NCBI GenBank assembly: GCA_963677925.2
Contig: CAXXYH010000004.1
Coordinates: 640,001 to 704,000 of the forward strand
Source: Spirochaetia bacterium
GTDB lineage: Bacteria > Spirochaetota > Spirochaetia > UBA9216
Direction: 5' to 3'
DNA length: 64,000 nt
Shown here: piece after piece, positions 29,138 through 40,013 of the stretch
Layout: each line of letters opens with the position of its first letter
How positions within the stretch are numbered: position 1 is the stretch's first letter
Notes under the pieces: generated by a model
Told to the model about the DNA's origin: nothing
Seen by the model: the letters and a program-made list of their open reading frames with translations, nothing else
Database searches by the model: none
Translations under genes and position numbers: made by a program

Positions 29138-30202
29138 TTGACAGATTTAAATATTAAGAATGAAACTGATCACTCTGCTCCGGGCAGAGTGATCAGTTTT
29201 CCTTTTCCATGGATTTTTTTACTTTCCCTTCTTGTCCTTTTCATGATGTTTACATTTTCCCTGGCTGTCGGCCGCTACAGTATTCCGGTTGATTATACCT
29301 TGCGTATTCTTTTTTCAAAAATAATGGATGTAAACAGGATATGGACAGATATTCAGGAGGCGGTTGTACTTAATCTTAGACTTCCCAGAACTGTTGCCGC
29401 CGTAGTAATCGGTGCGGCATTATCACTCTCCGGTGCAGCCTACCAGAGTATTTTTAAAAACCCTATGGTCTCACCCGATCTCCTGGGGGTTTCTTCCGGT
29501 GCCTGTGTAGGAGCCGCACTTGCCATTCTGTTAAATGCCGGGAATGCAGTTATTCAGCTCAGTGCCTTTACCGGGGGTTTAATTGCTGTAGGAATTACAG
29601 TTTCTATTCCAGCACTTATCCGGAGTAATTCAACCACGATTCTGGTTCTTTCCGGTATTGTTATCAGCAGCCTGATGTCTTCAATCATGAGCATAATAAA
29701 ATTTGTAGCTGATACAGATACCCAGCTTGCAGAGATAACCTACTGGCTGATGGGCTCCTTTGCGTCTATAAAATTTAAACAGATGCTGCCAGTTCTTCCT
29801 ACAATTATTATACCTGCAGCGGTTGTTCTGCTGATGCGGTACAGGCTGAATGTTCTTTCTCTAGGTGATAAGGAAGCGAAATCTCTTGGTGTAAATCTTG
29901 GTCTTACAAGGGGAATATTCATCCTGTGCTCAACTCTTTTAACGGCCGGCTGCGTATGCTTGTCGGGTACTATAGGCTGGGTCGGTCTTGTGATTCCGCA
30001 CACAGCAAGAATGATCATCGGATCCGATAACAAGAAAATGCTGCCTGTAGCAATGACCTGCGGAGCTGTTTTTATGCTGGCAATTGATATTCTCTGCAGA
30101 ACTATTACTACGGCGGAATTAAGGCTTGGAATTTTAACAGGAATAATCGGCGCTCCGTTTTTTATTTTTATATTGTTTAAACAGAAGGACCGGGTAAAAT
30201 GA
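29138..30202 (+). CDS. FecCD/BtuC-type ABC permease
   Basis: LRLPRTVAA, GAAYQSIFKNPMVSPDLLGVSSGA, EAKSLGVN, GWVGLVIPH and GAPFF. Confidence 0.93.
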   Translation: MTDLNIKNETDHSAPGRVISFPFPWIFLLSLLVLFMMFTFSLAVGRYSIPVDYTLRILFSKIMDVNRIWTDIQEAVVLNLRLPRTVAAVVIGAALSLSGAAYQSIFKNPMVSPDLLGVSSGACVGAALAILLNAGNAVIQLSAFTGGLIAVGITVSIPALIRSNSTTILVLSGIVISSLMSSIMSIIKFVADTDTQLAEITYWLMGSFASIKFKQMLPVLPTIIIPAAVVLLMRYRLNVLSLGDKEAKSLGVNLGLTRGIFILCSTLLTAGCVCLSGTIGWVGLVIPHTARMIIGSDNKKMLPVAMTCGAVFMLAIDILCRTITTAELRLGILTGIIGAPFFIFILFKQKDRVK

Positions 30203-30969
30203 TTCTTGAAGTAGATAATCTAAGTTACTGCTATCATAACAGCAGTAACATTTTTAATGGTGTAAGCTTCTCGCTTGATAAGGGAGAGGTTCTTTCGATC
30301 CTCGGAGTAAACGGCGCAGGTAAATCCACTCTGCTTAATTGTATAGCAAACCTTTTTAAACCAGAGGCGGGTGAGATCAGATTAAACGGAAAAATTATGT
30401 CTTCGATGCATACAAGAGATATAGCCCGTGTTATTGGTTATGTCCCGCAGAGCCATACTCCGGTATATGGATACAGCGTTAGAGAGTACGTTGTTATGGG
30501 AAGGACTCCGTTTATAGGAGCTTTTGCTGTTCCGGGAAGAGATGATTACAGGATTGCGGATGAAGCGCTTGAAAAGATGGAAATAAAACATCTGGGGAAA
30601 AAACTGTATACAGAAATATCCGGAGGTGAAAGGCAGCAGGTTATGATTGCAAGAATTTTCGCTCAGCAGCCTCAGCTTATACTTCTTGATGAACCTACAG
30701 CCCATCTGGATTACGGAAACCAGCACCGCGTTGTCGAAATGATCCGTAGTCTTGCCGGAGAAGGCTACGCAATGATAATGACCACCCACAATCCTGAGCA
30801 TGCATTTATCCTGGATGGGAAGGTCGCTATTCTGAACAGATCCGGTGTTCTTTGCGTTGGTGATTCCGGAGAAACTCTTACCGCCGAAACTCTTTCAAAT
30901 CTTTATTCGCTTCCGATAAAAACCAAGTATGATGAAGATGCAAAAAGAAATATCTGTGTTGTATGCTAA
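30199..30969 (+). CDS. ABC ATPase (FecE/BtuD type)
   Basis: GVNGAGKST, YVPQ, ISGGERQ, LLDEPTAHLD and TTH. Confidence 0.95.
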   Translation: MILEVDNLSYCYHNSSNIFNGVSFSLDKGEVLSILGVNGAGKSTLLNCIANLFKPEAGEIRLNGKIMSSMHTRDIARVIGYVPQSHTPVYGYSVREYVVMGRTPFIGAFAVPGRDDYRIADEALEKMEIKHLGKKLYTEISGGERQQVMIARIFAQQPQLILLDEPTAHLDYGNQHRVVEMIRSLAGEGYAMIMTTHNPEHAFILDGKVAILNRSGVLCVGDSGETLTAETLSNLYSLPIKTKYDEDAKRNICVVC

Positions 30970-31035
30970 AACGCGATGCCCTTATATTATCATATTCCCC
31001 TTGAAGCATCAGATTGTAATTGTTAATCTTATCCA

Positions 31036-31941
31036 ATGCCTTTTAAAGAAATCGCTATTTTTAATATTCCTATCGTATACATTTATCCGCTGCTGATTCT
31101 GATAATATTCAGCACCGTTCTTTTTGTCGTTTTAAAGAATCTAAAAAAAGCGACAATCCGAAGGGAAGAACGCTTCATAAAGAAAGAACATGATAAAGCA
31201 CTGTCAAAGCCGACTAAAACCATGCGCAGAAGCAACGCAAGGAAGCGGAAGTCCGGTCTTGAAAGTATTGAAAAACAATTTACAATAACAAGAAAAATAC
31301 TTATACCCTCTATTCTGCTCCTTGCTCTTATCATTGCCGTAATACCATTTCTGAATCAGGTTCCTGCCGCTATTCTTTCTCTGTTCATCGCGGGATTTTC
31401 ACTGATTCTGGGTATTGCAGTTAAACCGCTGCTGGAAAATGTTTTTGCCGGACTTGTTATCTCCTATTCTAAATCTCTTAATATCGGAGATACTGTAGTT
31501 GTTGATGATAAGTACGGTACTGTTGAAGATATAACCATGTCCTATACAACTATAAAAACCTGGGACTGGAAGCGCTATATACTTCCTAATTCAAAGATGA
31601 TTCAGCAGGAATTTCTAAACCTGACTCTTGTCGAAAAATATCAGTGGGCATATGTAGAGTTTTATGTTGCATATGATACTGATATTGAGAAAGTTAAGGA
31701 GATTGCTCTGAAATGTGCTTCAGAGAATAAACATACTGTTGTTGATAATGTACCCTATTTCTGGGTTATGGATATGAAGGAAGAAAGCTATGTCTGCTGG
31801 ATCGCCTCCTGGACTGAAGATCCCGCGACTGCATGGTCATTTAAAAACGACATCAGAACTGATATGATCATTGAATTTCAGAAAGCCGGTATTAAATCCT
31901 ACTCAATAAAATATTTTATGAATGAAAATCCCCCAGTATAG
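31036..31941 (+). CDS. MscS-family mechanosensitive channel
   Basis: LENVFAGLVI, IGDTVVV...GTVEDI, LPNS and VAYDTD. Confidence 0.88.
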   Translation: MPFKEIAIFNIPIVYIYPLLILIIFSTVLFVVLKNLKKATIRREERFIKKEHDKALSKPTKTMRRSNARKRKSGLESIEKQFTITRKILIPSILLLALIIAVIPFLNQVPAAILSLFIAGFSLILGIAVKPLLENVFAGLVISYSKSLNIGDTVVVDDKYGTVEDITMSYTTIKTWDWKRYILPNSKMIQQEFLNLTLVEKYQWAYVEFYVAYDTDIEKVKEIALKCASENKHTVVDNVPYFWVMDMKEESYVCWIASWTEDPATAWSFKNDIRTDMIIEFQKAGIKSYSIKYFMNENPPV

Positions 31942-32020
31942 AAGATATTTCTTGCTGAAAAGACATAAATCGCTTTATAATTATATTTAAATAATAATTA
32001 AGATATATTATGGAGTTCTT

Positions 32021-33544
32021 ATGGCACTTTTGAAGGTTCAGACAGAAGGCGGGCTGGTAGAAGGATTACCGGCAAATAATCAGGTGATTTCAGTTTTTAA
32101 GGGAATCCCGTTTGCAAAACCTCCGGTTGGTGATTTGCGGTGGAGGGCTCCGGAACCGGTTGAACCCTGGGAAGGCAACTACGAGGCTTTCAGGTTCAGG
32201 AATATATGTACTCAGCCGCGATTTGCATCAGAAGGCGGAAATACGCTGGCAGCTACAGAGTTTTATGTAGTGGAATTCCCAATGAGTGAAGATTGTCTCT
32301 ATTTGAATGTCTGGACGCCGGCTGAAAGTGATACGGAAAAACTGCCGGTTGCGGTTTACATTCATGGTGGCGGTTACGAAACCGGCTTCAGTTATCTTAA
32401 TGCTTATGATGGCGAGGGCTTCGCCAAAAGAGGTGTTGTCTTTGTAAGTATTGCATACAGGCTGAATTTCTTCGGTTTTCTTGCTCATCCTGAACTTGCT
32501 GCCGAAGATCCTAACGGAAGTACCGGAAATTACGGTGAAATGGATCAGCTTGCCGCACTTGAATGGGTAAAACGGAATATCGGGGCCTTCGGCGGAGATC
32601 CGGAGACTGTCACAATTTTCGGACAGTCGGCAGGAGCATCAAGTGTCCAGAATATATGCGCCAGTCCTCTTTCTAAAGGGCTTTTTAAGAGAGCTATTAT
32701 GCAGAGCGGCGGCGGTTTATGCCGGAATGGTGTTCTTGAGCCCCTGGATCAGGATACGGCTTACGCCATGGCAAAAGATTTTATGGAATTTGCAGGCTAT
32801 AAAAGCATTGAGGAAGCCCGGAAAGCTGCAGATCTAGAAATGCTGGAAAAATATCAGGCGTTCACAAAAGCACGCGGACTGTTTATGCCTGTTTTTGCAC
32901 CTTCAGTAGATGGTTATGTCCTGCCCGATAAGGCATATAAGGCTTTCAGGGCCGGAAAGCATCCTGATATCGATTATATGGTAGGTTCGACTGCAGATGA
33001 AATGAGGAATAAAAATGCCGTGGCTCCGCCTTTCGAAAATATAAAGAAAGCAGCGGAACAGCGGTATGGAGAGTTAGCAGAAGCTTACCTGACTGCAATT
33101 GATGCTTCAGATCCTGAAAAATGCAGACCGTATTTTGAAGATTTTTTTGCTGATGAGACTCTTGCCGGAAGTCTCGGCTGGTGTGAGAATCAGCTGCTTC
33201 TGGGGCGGCGTCCAAGCTACATGTACCATTTCTCCTATGTTCCGCCCGGAGCAGAGGAGGTCGGAGCTCATCATTCGGTAGAACATCATTATGTTTTCCA
33301 GACTCTGGTTCGTTCTTTCCGTCCCTATACGGGGTTTGATTTTGACCTGTCCGAAGAGCTGGCAGGTTACTGGGCAAATTTTGTGAAGACCGGAAATCCG
33401 AACGGTGAAGGACCGGAAACATGGTCTCCGTATACAAAAGATTCACCGAAGGCTCTCCTGATCGACAGGAAGCGGGAAATGGTTAAAATGCAGCCGAGCC
33501 GAAAAGTCTGCTTTATGCGGGATTTTTCTCTTGTGAAGTTTTAG
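32021..33544 (+). CDS. Type B carboxylesterase (pnbA-like)
   Basis: FKGIPFAKPPVGDLRW, SEDCLYLNVW, HGGG, GQSAG nucleophile and WANFVKTGNPN. Confidence 0.93.
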   Translation: MALLKVQTEGGLVEGLPANNQVISVFKGIPFAKPPVGDLRWRAPEPVEPWEGNYEAFRFRNICTQPRFASEGGNTLAATEFYVVEFPMSEDCLYLNVWTPAESDTEKLPVAVYIHGGGYETGFSYLNAYDGEGFAKRGVVFVSIAYRLNFFGFLAHPELAAEDPNGSTGNYGEMDQLAALEWVKRNIGAFGGDPETVTIFGQSAGASSVQNICASPLSKGLFKRAIMQSGGGLCRNGVLEPLDQDTAYAMAKDFMEFAGYKSIEEARKAADLEMLEKYQAFTKARGLFMPVFAPSVDGYVLPDKAYKAFRAGKHPDIDYMVGSTADEMRNKNAVAPPFENIKKAAEQRYGELAEAYLTAIDASDPEKCRPYFEDFFADETLAGSLGWCENQLLLGRRPSYMYHFSYVPPGAEEVGAHHSVEHHYVFQTLVRSFRPYTGFDFDLSEELAGYWANFVKTGNPNGEGPETWSPYTKDSPKALLIDRKREMVKMQPSRKVCFMRDFSLVKF

Positions 33545-33572
33545 CCCTTGCATTCTTTATTAAAATAGAAAT

Positions 33573-33614
33573 TTAAAAAGGCTGATCGGAAAGGTTTCCG
33601 GTCAGCCTTTTTAA
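33573..33614. terminator. Bidirectional intrinsic terminator between convergent genes
   Basis: TTAAAAAGGCTGATCGGAA-AGGT-TTCCGGTCAGCCTTTTTAA hairpin with A/T tracts on both sides. Confidence 0.88.
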
Positions 33615-33633
33615 TTTGCATTGAAAAGTTTAA

Positions 33634-35922
33634 TCAGTTTATAGAGTAGAGAACTTCAGTTTTGATGATATCCAGAAGCTCAAGGACCGAGCTGTCTGTC
33701 TCTGTTCTTTTTAAATTTTCAACAACCCTGTTCAGTACAGTTTTATCTGTGCTCTCTGACAGAGAAACAATAAATTCTGTGAGCTCCGGGTTCCTGCCTT
33801 CCAGAAGCATTCCTTCATAACCTTCTTCAGTTCCTGTCAGATAAAACGCATAGGTCAGCCGTCTCTGGCTGGAAATGTCCGTGAGTATGCTGCCCAGTTC
33901 AATGCCCTTTGAAATAAAATCTGATGACCGGAGTTCTCCCAGTATTTCACAGATGAGCAGGGCGATTGAAGAGTTTTTCTTAAGGTCCATTTTCTCAAGA
34001 GTATCTGCAAGCTGACTTATTCTTTCCGGATCTGAGAGACCTATTCTGAGCAGTGTCTGAATTGCCTCTTCCCTTATGGCAGAATCTCTTTCCCTGGAAG
34101 CAAGACTTATCAGTTTTTCTATCGATTCATCACTCAGGTTCTTCATCTGTCCAAGTGACCTTACAGCGTAAAATCTCAGTTGAGCATATTTCTCATCCCT
34201 CATTGTTGCGGCTGTTATTAGAGTCAATTCGACGTTGATGCTGGGGTTATCATACCCGCAGGCGCCCAGAGCCCTTACAGCATTAACCCTTACATCAAGG
34301 GGTTCGGTTTCGTTGGAGACCATTTTATTGAGTGCTGTTGTAATAAGCGCATTATTTTCTGGTCTTATTCTGTAAAGAGCCTGAGTTGCGTATCTTTTTA
34401 CCTCGGCGTCTTCGGAAGCCAGCATTTTGAGGAGGGTCGCGATAGCCGAGCTGTCTGGCAGTTCTGAAAAAAGCCTGGCCGCCTGACGCTGAAACTCCGG
34501 ATCAGTGTTTGTTGCTGAAAATCTTGCAAGACTTCCAATAAGGGAAGTGGAGTCGGTTTTGTAAATGGCCTTTGCTGCCATGTATGCCGCATTTTTAATT
34601 TCGGTATCTGCAGAAGAAAGGGCATCGAGTACTCCATTGATCCCTTTTGAACCTTCGGGGTGTACCCCTATGGTTTCAAGGCAGCTGATTTTCAATTCTG
34701 TTGATGTCTGCGGGCTTTGCAGGAGGGCAATTATTGACGGAACGATTGCCGGATTATTTATATTCTTTGATTTTTCTACGAGGGTGAGCAGGACTGTTTC
34801 GGAACGTTCGGTTTTGAACAGCCTTACAAGAGAGCCTACTGTAGCCTGGTCACTGAAAGATGAAAGACCGCTGATTGCGGTGATTCTTAACGCCGGATCG
34901 GCGGAGTTCAGGTATTCTGAAAGCGCAGTTGAGATTCTGCGGTCGGCTGTCCCGTATGCTGCTATTTTTCCCAGAGATTCAAGTGCCGCTTTCAGCACTG
35001 CCGGAGGTAATTCTTCTTCCTTCAGAATATTGAAAAGCGGAATGAGGCTTTCCTTTGCTCCCATCGAGCCAAGGGCTCTGATAATTTCTACCTTAAGCGG
35101 TTCTTCAGGATTTTCGTCCAGTTTTGTCAGCAGCAGATCCATAGCTTCAAGGTTTCCGATAGCGCCCAGACTTCTGATACTTTCAATGGCATAAGTGCTA
35201 TCGGAGGTCATCGGCATTATATATGGGATGGCTCTGCTGGAGCGCAGCAGTCCAAGGGTATAGAGCGCTGTGTTGATAGCTTCCTGATCGGCCTGTTCCC
35301 GCAGCAGACTGTTTATAAGTGTTGACTCAAGGATTTCCTTTTCCTTTCCCGTCATCGGTTCAGGAACGGGATAGCCTTTTTCAAGCATATCGTACAGTTT
35401 GCCTTTGGCAGTTTTAAACTCCGTTTCAGCCCCGCTTCCTTCTCTCTTATAGGCACTGTCCATTACGGCTAGATAGGAAGACATTTCATCCATGGCTTTC
35501 CTGCGCGCTGAATTAGGCAGATAAAGACCGTAATCACCCATTGCAATCCGCTTTTCTATGAGCTGACTTATTGCTGCGCCGTAGTTCAGTCCTATTAGCT
35601 CATTGATTGTGCCTTCGGGACTTTCCAGGGCATCTCTGACTTCTTCAAGTGTTCTTACCGGGAAATACCTGTAGTTTTTTCTGATAAATTCAAGTGTTTC
35701 CTGAACCTGAATCTGATCATCCTGAACAAGATAGTCTGATATCTGCTCATCCATATCATCAAGCCGATCCATGGAGCCGTTTTTGTTCAAATCAATATAG
35801 CCGTTTCTGAGTTCAGGAAAGATCGAACGAAGCTGGTTTCCCAGAGGGGTAGAGACAATATCAGAAAACAGGGGATTAATGATTATTATGCCAGTAATTA
35901 GAAGAAGGAGTTTTCGTTTCAT
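33634..35922 (-). CDS. Exported HEAT-repeat protein with N-terminal EF-hand-like loop
   Basis: Signal peptide, DLNKNGSMD, and repeated helical units (IRSLGAIG, IRALGSMG, VRVNAVRALG, RFYAVRSLG). Confidence 0.75.
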   Translation of the reverse strand: MKRKLLLLITGIIIINPLFSDIVSTPLGNQLRSIFPELRNGYIDLNKNGSMDRLDDMDEQISDYLVQDDQIQVQETLEFIRKNYRYFPVRTLEEVRDALESPEGTINELIGLNYGAAISQLIEKRIAMGDYGLYLPNSARRKAMDEMSSYLAVMDSAYKREGSGAETEFKTAKGKLYDMLEKGYPVPEPMTGKEKEILESTLINSLLREQADQEAINTALYTLGLLRSSRAIPYIMPMTSDSTYAIESIRSLGAIGNLEAMDLLLTKLDENPEEPLKVEIIRALGSMGAKESLIPLFNILKEEELPPAVLKAALESLGKIAAYGTADRRISTALSEYLNSADPALRITAISGLSSFSDQATVGSLVRLFKTERSETVLLTLVEKSKNINNPAIVPSIIALLQSPQTSTELKISCLETIGVHPEGSKGINGVLDALSSADTEIKNAAYMAAKAIYKTDSTSLIGSLARFSATNTDPEFQRQAARLFSELPDSSAIATLLKMLASEDAEVKRYATQALYRIRPENNALITTALNKMVSNETEPLDVRVNAVRALGACGYDNPSINVELTLITAATMRDEKYAQLRFYAVRSLGQMKNLSDESIEKLISLASRERDSAIREEAIQTLLRIGLSDPERISQLADTLEKMDLKKNSSIALLICEILGELRSSDFISKGIELGSILTDISSQRRLTYAFYLTGTEEGYEGMLLEGRNPELTEFIVSLSESTDKTVLNRVVENLKRTETDSSVLELLDIIKTEVLYSIN

Positions 35923-36064
35923 TGCATCATCCTAAAGAAAGAAATGATTCTTGGCAACTCAAAAAAAAGTATTGGAAAAATTATCATGATTGAATAACTT
36001 GGATAATCATTATAGACTGTGCCTCTGCGTTTAAATCTGCGTAAAACAAAATTAAGAGGAAGAT

Positions 36065-38197
36065 ATGAGCTTAAAACAAACTGTAGACTTTAAAAAAAGT
36101 TCTTTCTCAATTCCGTTGATCATTACAATTATGGGTGTTCTGGTTATTTCATTCTTACTTCAGTATCTGCTTATTTCATCAAGGATAGCTGATGAAGTAA
36201 AGAAAACTCAGTCGGTGAATTTCCGTACAATCACCATGTCTCTAAGCGAAATTCTGGAGCTGCAGCTCAATTACAATGAAAAACTGGCTTCGTCCTTTGC
36301 GGATAGTATAAGCCGATACCTGACGGCTGAAGATGAAGAATTATCAAACAAAGGGGAAGTTTTCGAACTCATTTCGGAACTTAAAGCTGTAAATGGAAAC
36401 TTTGAATCTGTATTTATTCTTGATAATTATGGAATAGTCAAATCTTCAACATATTCCGACAGCCTCCTGGGGTCTGACCTGTCTCACCGTGAGTATTATG
36501 TAAAGATTTTAAGCAACATGGGAAATTCGTTCACTTCAAGCGGGGCACTGCAGTCTGCGGCAACTGGAAATCCAACTATAGTACATGCCGCACCGCTTTT
36601 CAAAAATGGGGAATTTGTCGGAGTTCTGGGTATTTCACTGGATTTAACGGCCCTTGGAAAAGAATTTATTACATCCAAGAAAATCGGGGAAACCGGTTAT
36701 CCATATGTACTGGATAAGCGGGGGCTTGTATTGATTCACCCTTCAGATGATATTGTTTTTACTTCGGCTCAGGAGATCGACCCGTTCTTTCAGGATGTTG
36801 TTGACAGCCGGGAAGACATTCAGGAGATAAACTATATACTCGGCGGATCTGCAAAACAGGGAGTGTTTGTAAAGATGCCTGAAACAGGATGGATAGTCTG
36901 CCTTGCAATTAATGAAAGTGAATCATACAGCTCAATATATATTTTAAGAATTCTTCTGATTATATCCGGAATTGTTATGCTTGTTTCCATAAGTCTGATT
37001 CTGCTGTTTTACATAAGGAAGAACCTTGTAAAGAAACTTTCTGATGTTGAAAAAATTATTTTTAAGGCTTCTGGGGGAGATATTTCAGGACGCGGAATAG
37101 TCCGCGGAAGAGATGAGATTGCAAGTATGACTTCATTTTTTAATAATTTTATGGAATCACTGACTGGATTTTTCACCCGCCTCAACGATAACCTTGGAGA
37201 GCTTGATGATGCTGGAAAGGAGCTTTCTGTTAATATGGAAGAAACTGCAGCTGCCGTTTATCAGATAAGTACAAACGTCTCCAATTCCCGAAAGCAGATA
37301 TCCATGCAGGAAAACTATGTCCGGGAAACAGATCTGGCAGGCCGTGAGATTACGGACAGCATTAATGCTCTGGTACAGATAATTGAAAAACAGCAGATGG
37401 ACCTTCAGCAGGGGGCAAGTGCTATTGAAGAAATGATTGCGCAGATAAGAAACATATCAGCTTCTACTGATGATTCTGCAGAGATTATGAATGAACTGAA
37501 ACTTTCTTCCAGTGCCGGAAAAGATAACATAGATAAGGTGAGCGAACTTGTCGGTACTATTGCTGCGCAGTCAGCGAAACTCGAAGAAGCAAATACAATC
37601 ATTGCCGGAATAGCCTCGCAGACCAACCTGCTTGCCATGAATGCTGCTATCGAGGCTGCTCATGCAGGTGATGCAGGCCGCGGTTTTGCTGTTGTTGCTG
37701 ATGAGATAAGGAAGCTTGCCGAGCAGTCCACCCTCCAGTCAGGTGAAGTAAAGCAGAGCATATCTGAGATCAGTTCGACTATAACCGAAGTAGTAAAGAG
37801 CTCTGACATCTCAAATAATTCATTTCAGGATATTCTTGGAAGAATTAATTCCATTGACAGGCTTACCGGTGAAATCAAGTCTTCGGTGCAGGAGCAGGTC
37901 TCAGGCGGAACGCAGGTTCTACAGTCTCTTGAAGAGATGAAAACATCGGGCATGGAAGTGGGTGCAGGTTCAAAAAAAATGATGAAAAACAATACAAAGA
38001 TTCTTGAGTCAATTAAATCACTGATTAGAATTTCAGATGAGGTCTCCATGGCCATTGCCGAGATTGGCAGCGGAATGGATGAAATAAATCAGTCTGTTGT
38101 AAATGTGAAGGAGCTTGCCTCAACGAATATGAAGAGTGTTAATGATGTCAGGCGTAACGCTCTTTTTTACAGGACTGATCCGGACTCTCTCAATTAA
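36065..38197 (+). CDS. Methyl-accepting chemotaxis protein (dCache, long spirochaete-type signalling domain)
   Basis: DLSHREYY and [12 protein letters not shown] Cache motifs. [35 protein letters not shown]. Confidence 0.95.
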   Translation: MSLKQTVDFKKSSFSIPLIITIMGVLVISFLLQYLLISSRIADEVKKTQSVNFRTITMSLSEILELQLNYNEKLASSFADSISRYLTAEDEELSNKGEVFELISELKAVNGNFESVFILDNYGIVKSSTYSDSLLGSDLSHREYYVKILSNMGNSFTSSGALQSAATGNPTIVHAAPLFKNGEFVGVLGISLDLTALGKEFITSKKIGETGYPYVLDKRGLVLIHPSDDIVFTSAQEIDPFFQDVVDSREDIQEINYILGGSAKQGVFVKMPETGWIVCLAINESESYSSIYILRILLIISGIVMLVSISLILLFYIRKNLVKKLSDVEKIIFKASGGDISGRGIVRGRDEIASMTSFFNNFMESLTGFFTRLNDNLGELDDAGKELSVNMEETAAAVYQISTNVSNSRKQISMQENYVRETDLAGREITDSINALVQIIEKQQMDLQQGASAIEEMIAQIRNISASTDDSAEIMNELKLSSSAGKDNIDKVSELVGTIAAQSAKLEEANTIIAGIASQTNLLAMNAAIEAAHAGDAGRGFAVVADEIRKLAEQSTLQSGEVKQSISEISSTITEVVKSSDISNNSFQDILGRINSIDRLTGEIKSSVQEQVSGGTQVLQSLEEMKTSGMEVGAGSKKMMKNNTKILESIKSLIRISDEVSMAIAEIGSGMDEINQSVVNVKELASTNMKSVNDVRRNALFYRTDPDSLN

Positions 38198-38228
38198 GCA
38201 GAGATTATCAACTTGAAAAACTTGTTAT

Positions 38229-39962
38229 CTATGACAATGAATATAGGGTAATTGGTTTTGATTTCCCTCTTACAGTGACCGGTTCATTTTTTACAGCTGC
38301 TATCTGCCTTATGTATTCATTCGAAAGATGCGAATAGGTTGATTCACTGATTAAAATATCGGTCTCGTAAACCTTTGTCTGACTCTCGATCCTTGATGCT
38401 ACGTTAACGGTGTCCCCGATTACCGTATATTCTTTCCGGTCTTCCGAGCCGACATTTCCTGCGATAAGTGTTCCGGTGTGAACTCCGATTCCATGCCTGA
38501 TTGGCGGATATTTCCCTGCACTATTGAACATATCAAGGGCTTCCCGCATTTCAAGGGCGGCAGTAACCGCCGATTCTGCGTGGGATTCGAGACCGAATAC
38601 CGGAGAAAATACAGCCATAATACAGTCACCTATAAACTTATTGACGACTCCGTGGTTGTCTGAGATTGGTTTTACCATATAAGAGAAATAATCATTTAAA
38701 AAATCAATAAGTTCCCGGGGAGTGTAGCCTTCACTGATAGATGTAAAACTTCTGATGTCGGCGAACATAACAGTAGTTTCAATCTCCTCTCCGGCCAGAT
38801 CAATACCGCTGGTGTCTATAAGCTTTTTTGCTATTTCTATCGAGACAAATTTTCCGAATGTATCACGCAGTTTTTCTCTTTCCTCAAGGCCCTCGACCAT
38901 CATGTTGAAATGCCCCTTAAGCTTTCCGATTTCATCGGCCGAAAGAACTGAGGACCTTGTTGTAAAATCACCCTTTGCAACGGTCTGCATTCTTTCAATA
39001 AGGATGTTGATAGGTCCCTGAATATTCCTGCGGAAAGTGAATATTGAAAAGAACTGTGCTGTAATGAAGAACAGGTTAACAAGAAATATAATGATAATCG
39101 GACCGAATATCTGTCCTGTTACTACGAGGTCTGGCTGAGAGCCTTCAGCGATGGCTTTAAACATCCATGAATTAAATACAACCGGTATGTAAATGCTTAA
39201 TACAAGGGGTATTATTCCAAGCGATACTATCAGCAGCAGAACCCTTGCTGTGAGGTTAAGTGTAAATCCCTTTTTCAGTGAATACAGTTTGCTGTTTCTG
39301 AAAACCTGTGCGGCAATACCCCTGTTAATGTATCTGGTTGTGTGCCAGGAGTTGATGAACCCGGCAAGACTTCCATACATTATGGCAGAGGCTATGAAGT
39401 TTGAAATTACCTTTCCGGTAATTTCCATGCCGTCAATATCTCTAATAATCAGCTTGATAATCAGGTTCCAGATTGCACCAATCCAGGGAAGAACAAACAT
39501 AAGTACAGGCAGGTTAAGTACTCTTTTTACTGTTTTTTCATCAGGTTCACCATCTTCTTTGAAATTATACCGGTATACAGGAATCAGGTAGATTATTATA
39601 AAAAGAAACATAAATCCGACAGGGTTTCTGGTTCTGTAAAAGAAATATTCTTCTGAAAGACGCTCGTTCACACTCCGATCATCTTCGACTCCGAATTCAT
39701 TTCTGAGCGATTTCTCAAGTTTAATATCGGACTCTGTTCTTGTTTCAAAATCAGGATTTTCCTTATGTTCATTCATTACTTCCAGAATCTGGTCAGAATT
39801 GTTTTTGACATATTTTGCCATTTCTTCAAAGGGCATATTTGAGTAGAATTCAAAAAAGCCTGAAAGAATGGAACTGAGTATTATTGAAATTAAAAAAAGC
39901 AGGTAAAGGGGGATAAACAGTTTTTTAAGAAACAACCTTAAATTCATTGGTATTTCCTTCAT
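38229..39962 (-). CDS. Membrane-bound class III adenylate cyclase with HAMP
   Basis: MFADIRSFT, KFIGDCIMA, GIGVHTG and EYTVIGDTVNVASRIES (Lys/Thr ATP-specifying pattern). Confidence 0.92.
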   Translation of the reverse strand: MKEIPMNLRLFLKKLFIPLYLLFLISIILSSILSGFFEFYSNMPFEEMAKYVKNNSDQILEVMNEHKENPDFETRTESDIKLEKSLRNEFGVEDDRSVNERLSEEYFFYRTRNPVGFMFLFIIIYLIPVYRYNFKEDGEPDEKTVKRVLNLPVLMFVLPWIGAIWNLIIKLIIRDIDGMEITGKVISNFIASAIMYGSLAGFINSWHTTRYINRGIAAQVFRNSKLYSLKKGFTLNLTARVLLLIVSLGIIPLVLSIYIPVVFNSWMFKAIAEGSQPDLVVTGQIFGPIIIIFLVNLFFITAQFFSIFTFRRNIQGPINILIERMQTVAKGDFTTRSSVLSADEIGKLKGHFNMMVEGLEEREKLRDTFGKFVSIEIAKKLIDTSGIDLAGEEIETTVMFADIRSFTSISEGYTPRELIDFLNDYFSYMVKPISDNHGVVNKFIGDCIMAVFSPVFGLESHAESAVTAALEMREALDMFNSAGKYPPIRHGIGVHTGTLIAGNVGSEDRKEYTVIGDTVNVASRIESQTKVYETDILISESTYSHLSNEYIRQIAAVKNEPVTVRGKSKPITLYSLS

Positions 39963-40013
39963 TATCTAATTATTATTAGTATAATTATATAGTATTGTAA
40001 TCGGAGGGACTGT

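Noticed and set aside
28039-30969. Default call of the ABC importer as iron-siderophore or B12 uptake
   Set aside because: No Fur-box-like site or cobalamin riboswitch was recognised upstream, and the leader is a Moco-type RNA. The substrate is left unassigned.
35923-36064. Search for c-di-GMP or other riboswitches ahead of the MCP and signalling genes (also 16394-16513, 45007-45158)
   Set aside because: These are AT-rich promoter-like sequences with no recognisable aptamer motifs.
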